The notes: generated from the letters alone by a model not told the origin. Positions 18,988 through 28,659 are shown, counted from the stretch's first letter. The stretch is DNA of 64,000 bases from Cyanobacteria bacterium UBA3301 (GCA_002361485.1 DESZ01000030.1:510-64509), one strand, 5' to 3'. A program made the numbers and translations.

Positions 18988-20274
18988 ATGAAAAAATATT
19001 TATCCGCAATTTTAGTTTGTCTATTGTCTGTCAACATGGTATGTGCAAAGGATTATGCTAAATTACAAATAAAAGAAATGAAACATGCACAAAAATACGG
19101 AACTACCCAAAAATATCTTAATAATAATATTGTAGCCCCTCAAACAGAAATTGCTGTTTCTAACAGAGGGTTAAAAGACCCAAAACTTATAAAACTCGGT
19201 AATTACGAAAAAATCGACCAAGAAGCTTATGATGAAAAATTAGCTAAAGACAATGAAATTTATAAAAAGATTGCCAAATCATTCGGAGTCAGGACTATTG
19301 ACAATTATAACGCACAAGCAAAAGGAGAAGATTATTATAAAATATATAGAGTTGCCGAACGAATAATCAGAGCAAATAAACTTGATTATTTGAATTGGAG
19401 AATCGGTGTATATCGCGATGCCGACAATCCAAACGCATATTCAACAAACATGAATTATATTGCGATCAGTACATCAATATACGATACCTTTTCCAAAAAT
19501 GATGATGCCCTTGCTATGCTAATCGGTCATGAAATGGGACATGCATTATTAGGACACCAGCAACGAATTACTCCGACAATCAATAGAATGAATCGTAAAT
19601 ATAAACTTGCAAAAAGCGGAAATAGTGCTGCAATTATTGCATACAAAGCAATGGAAAGAAAATATTTAATAGATTCAAAAAATATGGAATATGCCGCAGA
19701 TTTAGAGGGCGCAAAATTAGCTGCAAAAGCCGGCTATGATTTGAATGAAGGTGCGGAACTACTTTCATTTCTAAATACATTACCGACTCCCGGTGATTAT
19801 TGGAGCGACCACCCTGATGCCACAAAACGCATACAAAATTTTAAAGAAAACAGAAAATATTTTATGGAAGACGAATGGGCAGAAATCGGCAAATACAACA
19901 TATACAATTCAGATGTTCTTGATGTAAATTTATCATCAGACAGAAAATCAATTGTTATAAATGCACCTAAAAACAAAGAAGCTTCAAACCAATATTACCA
20001 TCCCGAAGATTCTCAAGATATATATCTGCGCTTTGGCTATAAATCATATTTAAACGGAGAATACCAAAAATCATTAAAATATTTTAACGATTTATTTGAG
20101 ATAAAACAAAATGATGCAATAGCGTATTTATACGCATCATATGCATCAGAAGCACTATATAATCAAAAGAAAAATGACAAATATTTAGAACAGGCAAAAG
20201 AATATATTCAAAAAGCAAAACAAATAGAACCGAATAACAAATATATTCTTGAACAGGAAAATGCATTAAAATAA
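18988..20274 (+). CDS. secreted M48-family zinc metallopeptidase with C-terminal TPR region
   Basis: Signal peptide and an HExxH site (IGHEMGHALLGH). The C-terminal part is TPR-like (YQKSLKYFNDLFEIKQNDAIAYLY). Confidence 0.8.
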   Translation: MKKYLSAILVCLLSVNMVCAKDYAKLQIKEMKHAQKYGTTQKYLNNNIVAPQTEIAVSNRGLKDPKLIKLGNYEKIDQEAYDEKLAKDNEIYKKIAKSFGVRTIDNYNAQAKGEDYYKIYRVAERIIRANKLDYLNWRIGVYRDADNPNAYSTNMNYIAISTSIYDTFSKNDDALAMLIGHEMGHALLGHQQRITPTINRMNRKYKLAKSGNSAAIIAYKAMERKYLIDSKNMEYAADLEGAKLAAKAGYDLNEGAELLSFLNTLPTPGDYWSDHPDATKRIQNFKENRKYFMEDEWAEIGKYNIYNSDVLDVNLSSDRKSIVINAPKNKEASNQYYHPEDSQDIYLRFGYKSYLNGEYQKSLKYFNDLFEIKQNDAIAYLYASYASEALYNQKKNDKYLEQAKEYIQKAKQIEPNNKYILEQENALK

Positions 20275-20279
20275 AATAA

Positions 20280-20308
20280 AAGCATCTTTCCTAAAAGGAA
20301 AGATGCTT
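20280..20308. terminator. bidirectional intrinsic terminator
   Basis: aagcatctttcc / ggaaagatgctt form a 12-bp stem with a 5-nt loop between convergent genes. Confidence 0.8.
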
Positions 20309-20335
20309 TCTTCTCAAATCACCCGTCATATATTT

Positions 20336-20680
20336 TTAACAAAAGGATGCAAATGACCCCGAGCAACTGCATGAGCAATCACAACCGCCGAAAGAATCTG
20401 CGCTGTAACCGACACCCTCACTCAAAGTTGATACAGCATCCGAAAATTCACTCATAAAACCAATACTTGCAATTGAATTATCACCTTCAGAATACATAGA
20501 ATAGTCTATATTTGCTTGTTGAGAAAACATATATGTATCATATTCATTAGCATCTAACAAACCCCTCATAAAACTTCTGTTAGCAAGAATACCTGAATTT
20601 TCTACAGGATGGTTTTTAATATTAGAATTCTTATGAGTTGAATTTGATTTTGCTGCCTTTTCGCCGAATAATAAAATCAT
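20336..20680 (-). CDS. hypothetical protein ending in GG plus a Cys/Ser-rich 15-mer (CDCSCSCSGSFASFC)
   Basis: 114-aa ORF with an AGGAG Shine-Dalgarno 7 nt upstream of the ATG and a terminator downstream. Confidence 0.55.
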   Translation of the reverse strand: MILLFGEKAAKSNSTHKNSNIKNHPVENSGILANRSFMRGLLDANEYDTYMFSQQANIDYSMYSEGDNSIASIGFMSEFSDAVSTLSEGVGYSADSFGGCDCSCSCSGSFASFC

Positions 20681-20850
20681 TTTTCTCTCCTGATATCTGT
20701 CGTGCTTACATTTATATAAAGTATTTAAAATTTATCATATTTCAATAAAGATTTCTTTTGTTACATAACTTTACAAACTTTAAAATAAAAGGCAATTATT
20801 TAACAATTACATACTTTATATATAAAAGAGCAGAGTAAGGATTATTTTAC

Positions 20851-21195
20851 ATGACACAAGAAAGCAGAGCAATAGCATCAATCAAAAGCATTAACGCTAA
20901 AAGCGAGAATTATGCAACAACAGACCTTGGTATAAAAACTTATGATGATGAAACAAGAAACATCATGAGTTCGACTTTTGGTGTTGTAAAAAATAACTTA
21001 ATGGCATTATGGTATGCAATCGGCTTAAACCCGAACGTTACAAGCGTATACACCCAAACCATGATGGATGCCAATCAAGCAATGACATTTAACGGCAAAA
21101 CATACTTCCCTCATCCGGGAGTAGGCAATTTGCACCCGTATAATGAATCAGGAAACCCTAGTGACGGATGTTTTCAATTCCACACTTTGGGTTAG
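20851..21195 (+). CDS. hypothetical protein
   Basis: 114-aa ORF preceded by AAGGA, with no recognisable motif. Confidence 0.5.
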   Translation: MTQESRAIASIKSINAKSENYATTDLGIKTYDDETRNIMSSTFGVVKNNLMALWYAIGLNPNVTSVYTQTMMDANQAMTFNGKTYFPHPGVGNLHPYNESGNPSDGCFQFHTLG

Positions 21196-21208
21196 GAGAT
21201 AAAAAGCA

Positions 21209-21469
21209 ATGGCAGGAGAATTCGCACTACAATTTAATCCACGAGCATTTTCGGATCCGTCATTAATCCACGGTTCAAACCCTGCGTTTGACATTAATGC
21301 CGGTAATTTTGCCATTGTGAATAATTCATTCCCGACAACAAATAGTGATATGGCAGCAAGACAATTCAGATTAGCATTTCAGGATACAAAATCAGAATCC
21401 GTTCCGCATCAACATAAAAATATAGTTACAGACAATAATGTCGGAAAAAAATTAGATTTATCAATATAA
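21209..21469 (+). CDS. hypothetical protein
   Basis: 86-aa ORF 13 nt after the previous stop, preceded by AGGAG and followed by a strong terminator. Confidence 0.5.
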   Translation: MAGEFALQFNPRAFSDPSLIHGSNPAFDINAGNFAIVNNSFPTTNSDMAARQFRLAFQDTKSESVPHQHKNIVTDNNVGKKLDLSI

Positions 21470-21471
21470 AA

Positions 21472-21506
21472 AAATCCCTCTTAAAATATAAGAGGGATTT
21501 TTTATT
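21472..21506. terminator. bidirectional intrinsic terminator
   Basis: aaaatccctctta / taagagggatttt form a 13-bp stem, followed by TTTTATT. Confidence 0.8.
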
Positions 21507-21522
21507 ATCTGTTTAGAAAAAT

Positions 21523-22647
21523 CTATACGCCAATTGCTGATTTAGATTTTTCAATGCAAGAAATCAAAGTTGAAGCAACTGTTTCTTGTTCTTCTTTTGT
21601 TAATTCAGGGAACATAGGAAGAGAAATTACACATTCGGTATTTGCTTCTGTTACAGGCAAAGAACCTTTACCCATACCTAACCATGCATTAACCTTTTGG
21701 AAATGCAACGGGATAGGATAATAAAGCATTGCACCGATTCCCGCATCCGATAACATTTTGTGAACTTCATCTCTATTCGGAATTTTAACGGTATATTGGT
21801 GATAAACACAATATGTATTGTCTAATTCTTTAGGTGTTTGGATATCAGGACAAGATGAGAATAATTTATTATAGTATGATGCGCGTTCTCTTCTTGCGGT
21901 ATTCCATTCGTCTATATGTTTTGCTTTAACTCTTAAAATTGCAGCTTGAATTTCGTCTAAACGAGAGTTTACACCCAATTCGTCATTATGGTAACGAACC
22001 ATAGAACCATGGTTTCTTAATGCGATTAAATGGTCGCGAAGTTCTTCGGAATTAACTGTGCAAAGTCCGCCATCGCCCATTGTTCCGAGGTTTTTAGTCG
22101 GATAGAAACTGTAACAACCTATATCTCCGAAAGTACCAACCATTTTGCCTTTATATAAAGCACCAATTGCTTGGCAGCAGTCTTCGATTACTCTCAAATT
22201 GTGTCTGTGAGCTATATCCATGATTGCATCCATATCACAAGGTTGACCATACAAGTGAACAGGGATGATTGCTTTTGTTTTTGATGTGATTGCAGCTTCA
22301 ATTTTAGAAGGGTCGATATTAAATGTATCAGGATCAATATCTACAAATACAGGTTTTGCACCAACTATACCAATAGCTTCAGCTGTTGCTACAAAAGTAA
22401 ATGCTGTTGTGATAACTTCATCACCCGCACCGATATTTAAGGCACGCAAAGCAACATGCAAAGCATCAGTACCTGAATTCAATGCAACGGTATATTTGCA
22501 TCCGATATAGGATGCTAATTCACTTTCTAAAGCCTTGACATTCGGCCCTAAAATATAGCATCCGCTTCTCATAACTTCGCAAACGGCTTTTTCAGCTTCT
22601 TCACCGATTTGCGCATATTGACGTTTTGAATCAAAAATAGGTATCAT
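21523..22647 (-). CDS. DegT/DnrJ/EryC1/StrS family PLP-dependent sugar aminotransferase
   Basis: Family motifs LNSGTDALHVALRAL, FVATAEAI and the active-site-lysine context SFYPTKNLG. 374 aa. Confidence 0.9.
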   Translation of the reverse strand: MIPIFDSKRQYAQIGEEAEKAVCEVMRSGCYILGPNVKALESELASYIGCKYTVALNSGTDALHVALRALNIGAGDEVITTAFTFVATAEAIGIVGAKPVFVDIDPDTFNIDPSKIEAAITSKTKAIIPVHLYGQPCDMDAIMDIAHRHNLRVIEDCCQAIGALYKGKMVGTFGDIGCYSFYPTKNLGTMGDGGLCTVNSEELRDHLIALRNHGSMVRYHNDELGVNSRLDEIQAAILRVKAKHIDEWNTARRERASYYNKLFSSCPDIQTPKELDNTYCVYHQYTVKIPNRDEVHKMLSDAGIGAMLYYPIPLHFQKVNAWLGMGKGSLPVTEANTECVISLPMFPELTKEEQETVASTLISCIEKSKSAIGV

Positions 22648-22880
22648 ATAAGTCCTCCTTTTATAATGTACACTTTATGTATTTATTATACCATAAGGAT
22701 TCCCGTCTTAATATAAATTTTATATGGTAATAATATGTTCAGAGGGGTTTACAAACTTACAAACATGTGAAATAATATATGTGAGGTAATGTAACATTTT
22801 GTGAACATGGTTAGCAAAAAATTTTTTCAAGAGTTTTTCTAATGGTGTTAATATAATAGCAATAGTGTGGAGAACATAAT

Positions 22881-23531
22881 ATGTTAGCAATTCAACCGAT
22901 ATCATTAAATAGCACAAAGAATGCATCTTTCAAAGGTATTTACGACAATCAGGAATCATATGAAAGAGAAAAACGCTATTTTGAAAATCAAGGACGCGAA
23001 TTTGACGGAATTATTAATGATGACAATATTCCTGAAGGAATGAAAAAGCCTTTTAAATTTGCTCGTATTATTACAAACGGCATAATAGACGGATTAGCTG
23101 TCGGTTGGGCCGTTATGGCAGGAGCAAATTCTTGCAAAAAAGCTGCCTCATCAAAATATGCAAAAAATATCAGTTCTGCAGCAAAACCAATAGCAGAAGG
23201 TTTTGCTAAAACATTAAAGAATTTTGGCGAAATAATTGCTAAAGGATTTCAAAAAATAAAAGACAACAAATTCGCTCAAAAAGTTTCTGCATTATATGAC
23301 AAAGTTGCGAATTCAAAATTCGGAAAACCTGTTATTGAATTTACGAAGAAATCAGCAAATGTTGTTGTTGAATTTGCAAAAACAATAATAAATGCAATAA
23401 AAGGCGTAACTTATGATAAAGCAAGCAAGACCGCAGCAGGAGTTTTAGGCGGCGGCTCAGGTATTGCAGGAGCATATGCAACTGCAAGAGAAGAAAATCC
23501 TGTCGAACTTGAAGAAGGAGAAGAAATATAA
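22881..23531 (+). CDS. hypothetical membrane-associated protein
   Basis: 216-aa ORF with one hydrophobic helix (IIDGLAVGWAVMAGA), a Lys/Ala-rich amphipathic region and an N-terminal NASFKG motif. Confidence 0.6.
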   Translation: MLAIQPISLNSTKNASFKGIYDNQESYEREKRYFENQGREFDGIINDDNIPEGMKKPFKFARIITNGIIDGLAVGWAVMAGANSCKKAASSKYAKNISSAAKPIAEGFAKTLKNFGEIIAKGFQKIKDNKFAQKVSALYDKVANSKFGKPVIEFTKKSANVVVEFAKTIINAIKGVTYDKASKTAAGVLGGGSGIAGAYATAREENPVELEEGEEI

Positions 23532-24004
23532 TGCCTGTCGTTTTTACCGCTATACCTGAATATCAAAGATTAACACCTGAGCAGCAGAAAAGACGTGAAA
23601 CTACCCAAAATGTCGCAACAGGAGTTGGGGCAGCAGGGGTGACAGCTCAAGCAACAACCTATGCTTCAAAACAAGGTGTATATGGCAGATTTAAAGGAAT
23701 ATTAGGAACCACTACACAAACTGCCAAAACTATTGAAAGAAATTCTGCTGAAGTTACAGGCTTATGGAATAAATTCTTTCGCGATATGAAATTATTCAGC
23801 GCAGATGCAATGGCAAGAATTTCTAAATATAAGGAATGGAAATTCATCGGCCCTATTGTTAAAAGTCCTGTAATGAAAGGAGCAACAAGCGTATTTGGCG
23901 CGACAATGGCATTTTTTGTTCTTGTTTCAGGAGTTCAAAAAGCTGTCGATAACGGCAGATTAGCATTAAACGATATGCACCGCAAATTTAACAGAGCAGC
24001 ATAA
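23531..24004 (+). CDS. hypothetical protein, translationally coupled to the preceding ORF
   Basis: TAATG stop/start overlap at 23529..23533. 157 aa with a C-terminal hydrophobic helix (SVFGATMAFFVLVSGV). Confidence 0.6.
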   Translation: MPVVFTAIPEYQRLTPEQQKRRETTQNVATGVGAAGVTAQATTYASKQGVYGRFKGILGTTTQTAKTIERNSAEVTGLWNKFFRDMKLFSADAMARISKYKEWKFIGPIVKSPVMKGATSVFGATMAFFVLVSGVQKAVDNGRLALNDMHRKFNRAA

Positions 24005-24029
24005 GTTATATAAGAATTGAAAAATATAA

Positions 24030-24066
24030 AAAATCGTGCTAACTTTAGTTTATGCACGATTTTTTA
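24030..24066 (+). terminator. intrinsic terminator
   Basis: aaaatcgtgc / gcacgatttt form a 10-bp stem with a 14-nt loop and a T-run. The 3' arm overlaps the first ATG of the folP ORF. Confidence 0.6.
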
Positions 24067-25188
24067 TTGAAAGAATTATCAAAAACAAATATAGAAAAAG
24101 AATTAACCGATATCGGATATGACAGTTCTTATGCTTTTAAAGCAAGAGATAAATTTTATTATAAAAACTATAAAATTTATGATTTAACTTGCGCTCAGGC
24201 AAACATTTTAAAACAATTAGCACTATCAGTCGGTGCAGATTGCGGAACCAATAAGGAAGTTATTACAGGTAAGATTGATTTATCTGACTGTATTCTGGGC
24301 GGAAGTATTTCTCAATTGCAAAAAATTGCACAAAAATTACAGTTCCAACCGTTCGGCTTAAAAGAATTAGGGAAAAAACTTCAAGAAACCACCCAAAAAG
24401 CTCCTAAATCAAAGACAAAAATTGTGGGGATTTTGAATATTACAACAAATTCTTTTTCGGACGGCGGAAAATATTATAATTTTGATGACGCAATAAATCA
24501 GTTACACAAATTATCAGAAGATGGCGCTGACATTATTGATATCGGTGCAGAATCTACAAAACCATATTCTCACGCGGTTGATAGCGAAGAACAATTATCA
24601 AAACTTATTCCGATATTAAAATATATAAAAGAAAATAATATAAATATTCCGATAAGTATTGATACGCGCAGCGCGCAAGTTGCACAAGAATGTATAAATT
24701 TCGGAGCAAGTATTATCAATGACGTTTCAGGACTTGAATATGATCCCGAAATGGCAAAAATTATTGCACAAAATCCTAAAATAAAAGTTATTATCCAGCA
24801 TTGCAAAGGGACTCCCGAAAATATGCAAGATAACCCTCAATATGAGAATTTAACCGACGAAATATTTAAGGATTTAAAATCAAAAATTGATTACGCACTA
24901 TCACAAGGAATAAAAAAAGAAAATATAATACTCGATCCGGGCATCGGCTTTGGTAAAAACAGAGAAGATAATTTTGAAATAATTCGCCGCTGGCAAGAAT
25001 TCAAAACCTTAGAATGTCCAATAATGATTGGAATTTCGCGCAAAAGCATGCTCGGAAAACAAAACTCAAATGAACAAAAAGACATTTATACTCTTGCTCT
25101 AAACAGCATACTCATTAACGAAAATATTGATTATATAAGGGTACATAACGTAAAATTACATAAAGACTTTCTCAATATACTTCCTTAA
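24052..25188 (+). CDS. folP: dihydropteroate synthase with an N-terminal extension of about 120 aa
   Basis: Pterin-binding domain motifs GILNITTNSFSDGG, IIDIGAEST, SIDT, INDVSG and DPGIGFGK. The exact start is uncertain (ATG 24052 or TTG 24067). Confidence 0.85.
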   Translation: MHDFLLKELSKTNIEKELTDIGYDSSYAFKARDKFYYKNYKIYDLTCAQANILKQLALSVGADCGTNKEVITGKIDLSDCILGGSISQLQKIAQKLQFQPFGLKELGKKLQETTQKAPKSKTKIVGILNITTNSFSDGGKYYNFDDAINQLHKLSEDGADIIDIGAESTKPYSHAVDSEEQLSKLIPILKYIKENNINIPISIDTRSAQVAQECINFGASIINDVSGLEYDPEMAKIIAQNPKIKVIIQHCKGTPENMQDNPQYENLTDEIFKDLKSKIDYALSQGIKKENIILDPGIGFGKNREDNFEIIRRWQEFKTLECPIMIGISRKSMLGKQNSNEQKDIYTLALNSILINENIDYIRVHNVKLHKDFLNILP

Positions 25189-25190
25189 AA

Positions 25191-25586
25191 TTATTTTTCA
25201 AAGCTGTCTTTACAAAGTCCTTTTTTCCACCAGCAACACTCCGAACAAAATTCTTTATGCTTTTGTAATGTCATTTTTTTGTTCAGTTTTTCTAATATTT
25301 CACTATACTTATACACTTTCCCTGACAATATACCGAGAAAATCAGCCACTTGATTATCCAAACCGCTAACGACATTTTCTTTGCAATATGCCTTATGCTT
25401 GATAATTTCGCTTGGACACTGTTTACATAAATCATCTCTGCCGTTCATGATAAAAATATCTGTTTGCGGATTATTTTTTAATAATAAGGCAACATTTTCC
25501 CAATTTGCAGCTTGAACTTCATTATAATTCAAACCTTTGTATCCTTTTATGCATAAAAAATGATGGGGTCTTAATGATATTTTCAT
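25191..25586 (-). CDS. DUF1284-like Cys-rich protein
   Basis: The N-terminal RPHHFLCIKGYKG and internal CKQCP / CSECCWW cysteines match my recollection of DUF1284. 131 aa. Confidence 0.65.
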   Translation of the reverse strand: MKISLRPHHFLCIKGYKGLNYNEVQAANWENVALLLKNNPQTDIFIMNGRDDLCKQCPSEIIKHKAYCKENVVSGLDNQVADFLGILSGKVYKYSEILEKLNKKMTLQKHKEFCSECCWWKKGLCKDSFEK

Positions 25587-25590
25587 AACT

Positions 25591-26412
25591 CTACATATCA
25601 GAAACTTCAGGTAAATCGATACTCTTCAACCTTTGTTCTATCCTTCTATACCATTTTAGATGTTGTTTGAATAAAATTTCATAATCTTCCACTTTACCTG
25701 TTGAAATATTGTGGAATTGCTCGTCACATGTTTGGGTCAATGCCTGCTCTAAGAATTTTGTATATTCATGCCTGTCAATATTCGGGTCAGTAAGTTCAAT
25801 ACGTTTTCCGAAATCAACGATAACCTCAGGCCTGTTATCTCGCAAAAAACAATAATCTAAAGATAAAGGTATTAAATTTATTTTTCCGTACTTTTTAACC
25901 GCATTTTGTGCAATATAAGCAAGCCCCGTTTGAAATTCAATCGGTCTGTAATGCGGGGGTCTTATTATTCCCTGCGGGAAAATACATAAAATATTTCTCA
26001 AATCCTTTAATAAATCAATAGAATATTTTAAAGCTTTCATTGCAGACTGCGGAGATTTCTTATTAACAGAATACGCACCGCCGCGTCTTAATAACGGGAA
26101 TCTGTTCAACTCTTCCACCATTAAACGAATTTCCTTATGGCAAATTCTATGACAAATGTTATATAAAACAGAGCCGTCCCACCAATTACAATGCGGTGCA
26201 AAAATAATTGTAGGAACATTTTTATCTCTATTGTTATAATTTTCTATCCCATTATAACGCATGGCATAAAATCTGTTTTGTACCATGTTGAAAAACGCCA
26301 AACTTGCAATAGTCAACCAAAAACGACTCGTTTTTGCAGGTTTGAATTTTTCCTCCTTACCCCTTAATTTTGTCGGTGGAACATCTGAATATAATTTTTC
26401 TCCTGTAACCAT
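25591..26412 (-). CDS. lysophospholipid (1-acyl-sn-glycerol-3-phosphate) acyltransferase family protein
   Basis: HX4D acyltransferase motif (APHCNWWDG) and downstream FPQG block. Confidence 0.75.
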   Translation of the reverse strand: MVTGEKLYSDVPPTKLRGKEEKFKPAKTSRFWLTIASLAFFNMVQNRFYAMRYNGIENYNNRDKNVPTIIFAPHCNWWDGSVLYNICHRICHKEIRLMVEELNRFPLLRRGGAYSVNKKSPQSAMKALKYSIDLLKDLRNILCIFPQGIIRPPHYRPIEFQTGLAYIAQNAVKKYGKINLIPLSLDYCFLRDNRPEVIVDFGKRIELTDPNIDRHEYTKFLEQALTQTCDEQFHNISTGKVEDYEILFKQHLKWYRRIEQRLKSIDLPEVSDM

Positions 26413-26514
26413 AGCTTAATTTTAACTTAATAACATAAAAAAATAAACCCCTTATTTAAAAATATTAAAGATAATTTCCATAGATAAACCAACATCGTAA
26501 TTTTTATACGAACA

Positions 26515-26560
26515 CAAAAAAAAATAAAATCGGGCGGCAAAATATATTCTACCGTCCGAT
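26515..26560 (-). terminator. intrinsic terminator
   Basis: Minus strand reads ATCGGACGG ... CCGCCCGAT followed by TTTATTTTTTTTT. Confidence 0.7.
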
Positions 26561-26587
26561 TTGTTGTCTGTCCATCATAATTATTCT

Positions 26588-26761
26588 TTATATTTTTTCA
26601 AATTCGCTTTCCAAACCAAACAATTTTAAACGATTATACGCCATATCCTCTTGGGCCTGTTCTTCAAATTCTTCAAGCTTTTGCGCAAATTCTCTGTCTT
26701 GTCTTGGGAATAATTTTAATAATTCACCGAGTCCGAAAAACAGTTCATAAATTTCAGGCAT
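26588..26761 (-). CDS. possible small acidic protein (57 aa), below the ORF-track cutoff
   Basis: Own translation: MPEIYELFFGLGELLKLFPRQDREFAQKLEEFEEQAQEDMAYNRLKLFGLESEFEKI. AAGGAGA lies 7 nt upstream and a terminator lies downstream. Confidence 0.4.
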   Translation of the reverse strand: MPEIYELFFGLGELLKLFPRQDREFAQKLEEFEEQAQEDMAYNRLKLFGLESEFEKI

Positions 26762-26881
26762 AATTCTATCTCCTTATTTAAGCTCATTAACTTCAACATT
26801 TATATAAAAACATTTGGAAAGATAAAATTTCACAAAGTCGTAAAATTTTAAGTTTTGTTAACCTAAATACTAAAATTATTT

Positions 26882-27682
26882 TTATACCCTTTTATTATTT
26901 CGAACCAAAATAACAGTGATACCAATAATTCCCGATATAAAAAAGAAAAAAGACACCCAAATTGCAATCGGTAATGAATTTATATTCAAAGCACTGTCAA
27001 TTCTCAATTGTTCAACAAAAAATCTTATAATCGAGTACAGAATGAAATATGAAAAGAAAGTTAAGCCAATATATTTTTTCCCAAACTTTCTTATTATAAA
27101 GAAAAGAATAAAAAACGCGATTAAATCAAGAATACTTTCATACAAAAAAGTCGGATGGAACAATGAAAAATCCGAATATTCGGAAATTCTCTTGCCTTCG
27201 GGTATAAACAACCCCCAACTTTGCGATTTAACAGGCAGTCCGTAAGCTTCTGAATTAAAATAGTTTCCCCATCTGCCGATTGCCTGACCCAAGATTGTTG
27301 CACAACCAAAAACATCTGCGATATGCAAAAAATCGACCTTATAATGCCTTGACATTAAATATATACAAAGTAACCCCGCAAGAATCGAACCGTGAACAGA
27401 CAAACCTCCTTCACGGATATCCAGTATTTCCAAAGGATGAGCAAAATAATAATGCGGATTTAACATACAAAAATACAACCTTGCACCTAATATCCCCAAA
27501 ATTATTATAATTGGTGCATAAGCAATAATTATATCCTTTTTGGATGCTATATTTAACAAATTAGCCAGCTTATTTGCCGCAATAATAGAAATAAAAATGG
27601 CACATGCCATAATTATTCCGTACCAATAAACCGCAATACCGAATAAATTAAACGCTATATCATTCGGAGCGGGAATAATCAT
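26882..27682 (-). CDS. lgt: phosphatidylglycerol--prolipoprotein diacylglyceryl transferase
   Basis: Lgt signature GRWGNYFNSEAYG, HPTFLYES and multiple TM helices. Confidence 0.9.
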   Translation of the reverse strand: MIIPAPNDIAFNLFGIAVYWYGIIMACAIFISIIAANKLANLLNIASKKDIIIAYAPIIIILGILGARLYFCMLNPHYYFAHPLEILDIREGGLSVHGSILAGLLCIYLMSRHYKVDFLHIADVFGCATILGQAIGRWGNYFNSEAYGLPVKSQSWGLFIPEGKRISEYSDFSLFHPTFLYESILDLIAFFILFFIIRKFGKKYIGLTFFSYFILYSIIRFFVEQLRIDSALNINSLPIAIWVSFFFFISGIIGITVILVRNNKRV

Positions 27683-27685
27683 TGA

Positions 27686-28270
27686 CTACTCCTCTGCTTC
27701 TGTCTTTACTTCATCAGGATTTTGAATACGTTCTATAAGTCGTTCTATTTCTTCTTTTTCAACCGCATCAGGCTTCAATTCCAAATACTTTTGATAAGTT
27801 TGAATTGTAGCCTCTTTTAATTCATCAATAAAAGCTTGTTCTTTTTCTGAAGGCACATATTTTTCATCAAAATTAACATCTTCGGCCTTTGCCGTATACA
27901 ATTCATCATTTATATCCATGCGAACACGACCTTGAACCATATCGACCGCAAGATTATTTTCTGCCGTTGCCAGTGAATAATAAGTATCCGCATCATTAGG
28001 TTTAATTTCCAAAGCTTTCTTATATTCATTAACGGCATTTTTATAATCTTCCGCTTTAGTATAAGCTATTGCAAGATTATAATGAGTTTCAAACACGGAA
28101 GAATCTAAATCAAGACTTGATTTCAAACGTTCAATTGCTTGAGGATAATCACCTTTTGCCATATAACTCATTGCTTTATTATTCAAATCACGGACCGCAA
28201 AATTATTTATACAAGCTGTTGATATTACTGCTACCAGCAAAACTATACCTATTAAAGCTGCCTTTTTCAT
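27686..28270 (-). CDS. TPR-repeat lipoprotein
   Basis: Lipobox-like signal (VAVISTAC) and TPR units (YPQAIERLKSSLDLDSSVFETHYNLAIAYTKAEDYKNAVNEYKKALEIKPNDADTYYSLA). Only 4 nt upstream of lgt, so probably in the same operon. Confidence 0.75.
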   Translation of the reverse strand: MKKAALIGIVLLVAVISTACINNFAVRDLNNKAMSYMAKGDYPQAIERLKSSLDLDSSVFETHYNLAIAYTKAEDYKNAVNEYKKALEIKPNDADTYYSLATAENNLAVDMVQGRVRMDINDELYTAKAEDVNFDEKYVPSEKEQAFIDELKEATIQTYQKYLELKPDAVEKEEIERLIERIQNPDEVKTEAEE

Positions 28271-28377
28271 CCCATCCCTCTAATAAACTAAACGTGTTAA
28301 CTAATTATAATTTAATAATAAAAATATGGCAAATTTTATTAATTTAGGTTACAATGAAAAGACAAAAGGAGTTAAAT

Positions 28378-28659
28378 ATGTCAGAAGATAAAGTTGTAAG
28401 CTTGGGTTCAAAAAAGAAAGACAAAGAAAAAGTTGAGCAGACCCATTCCGGTAGTGAAGACACCGTAAAAACAGATGCCGTATATTGCAGTTTTTGCGGA
28501 AGACCGAACACACAGGTTATCAAGATGATAAAAGGTCCGGGGGTAAATATTTGCTCCGAATGTGTAATGATTGCTTTGCAATATCTGATACTACAAGACA
28601 GAGTTCCGTCAGCTGAAGCCCAACAAATCCTGAATGCGTTCTGGGGAAAGGCAAGATAA
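28378..28659 (+). CDS. stand-alone ClpX-type C4 zinc-finger (ZBD) protein, no ATPase module
   Basis: YCSFCGRPNTQVIKMIKGPGVNICSECV closely matches the ClpX N-terminal zinc-binding domain pattern CxxC...CxxC. Start placed at ATG 28378, preceded by AAGGAG. Confidence 0.7.
   Translation: MSEDKVVSLGSKKKDKEKVEQTHSGSEDTVKTDAVYCSFCGRPNTQVIKMIKGPGVNICSECVMIALQYLILQDRVPSAEAQQILNAFWGKAR

Noticed and set aside
22799-22817. TTGTGAACATGGTTAGCAA as a second Rex box upstream of ORF 22881
   Set aside because: The right half-site matches only 5 of 7 positions (TTAGCAA versus TTCACAA), which is too weak to call without a scoring matrix.
26845-26865. TTAAGTTTTGT(T/A)A recurring at 26851, 58214, 58364 and, on the minus strand, about 59787, as a regulatory motif
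   Set aside because: At 59787 it simply contains an extended -10 (TGTTATAAT) for the ubiE-like gene. The other copies have poorer hexamers and no consistent downstream gene. With four AT-rich hits I cannot separate signal from chance, although two copies are mentioned in the island finding.
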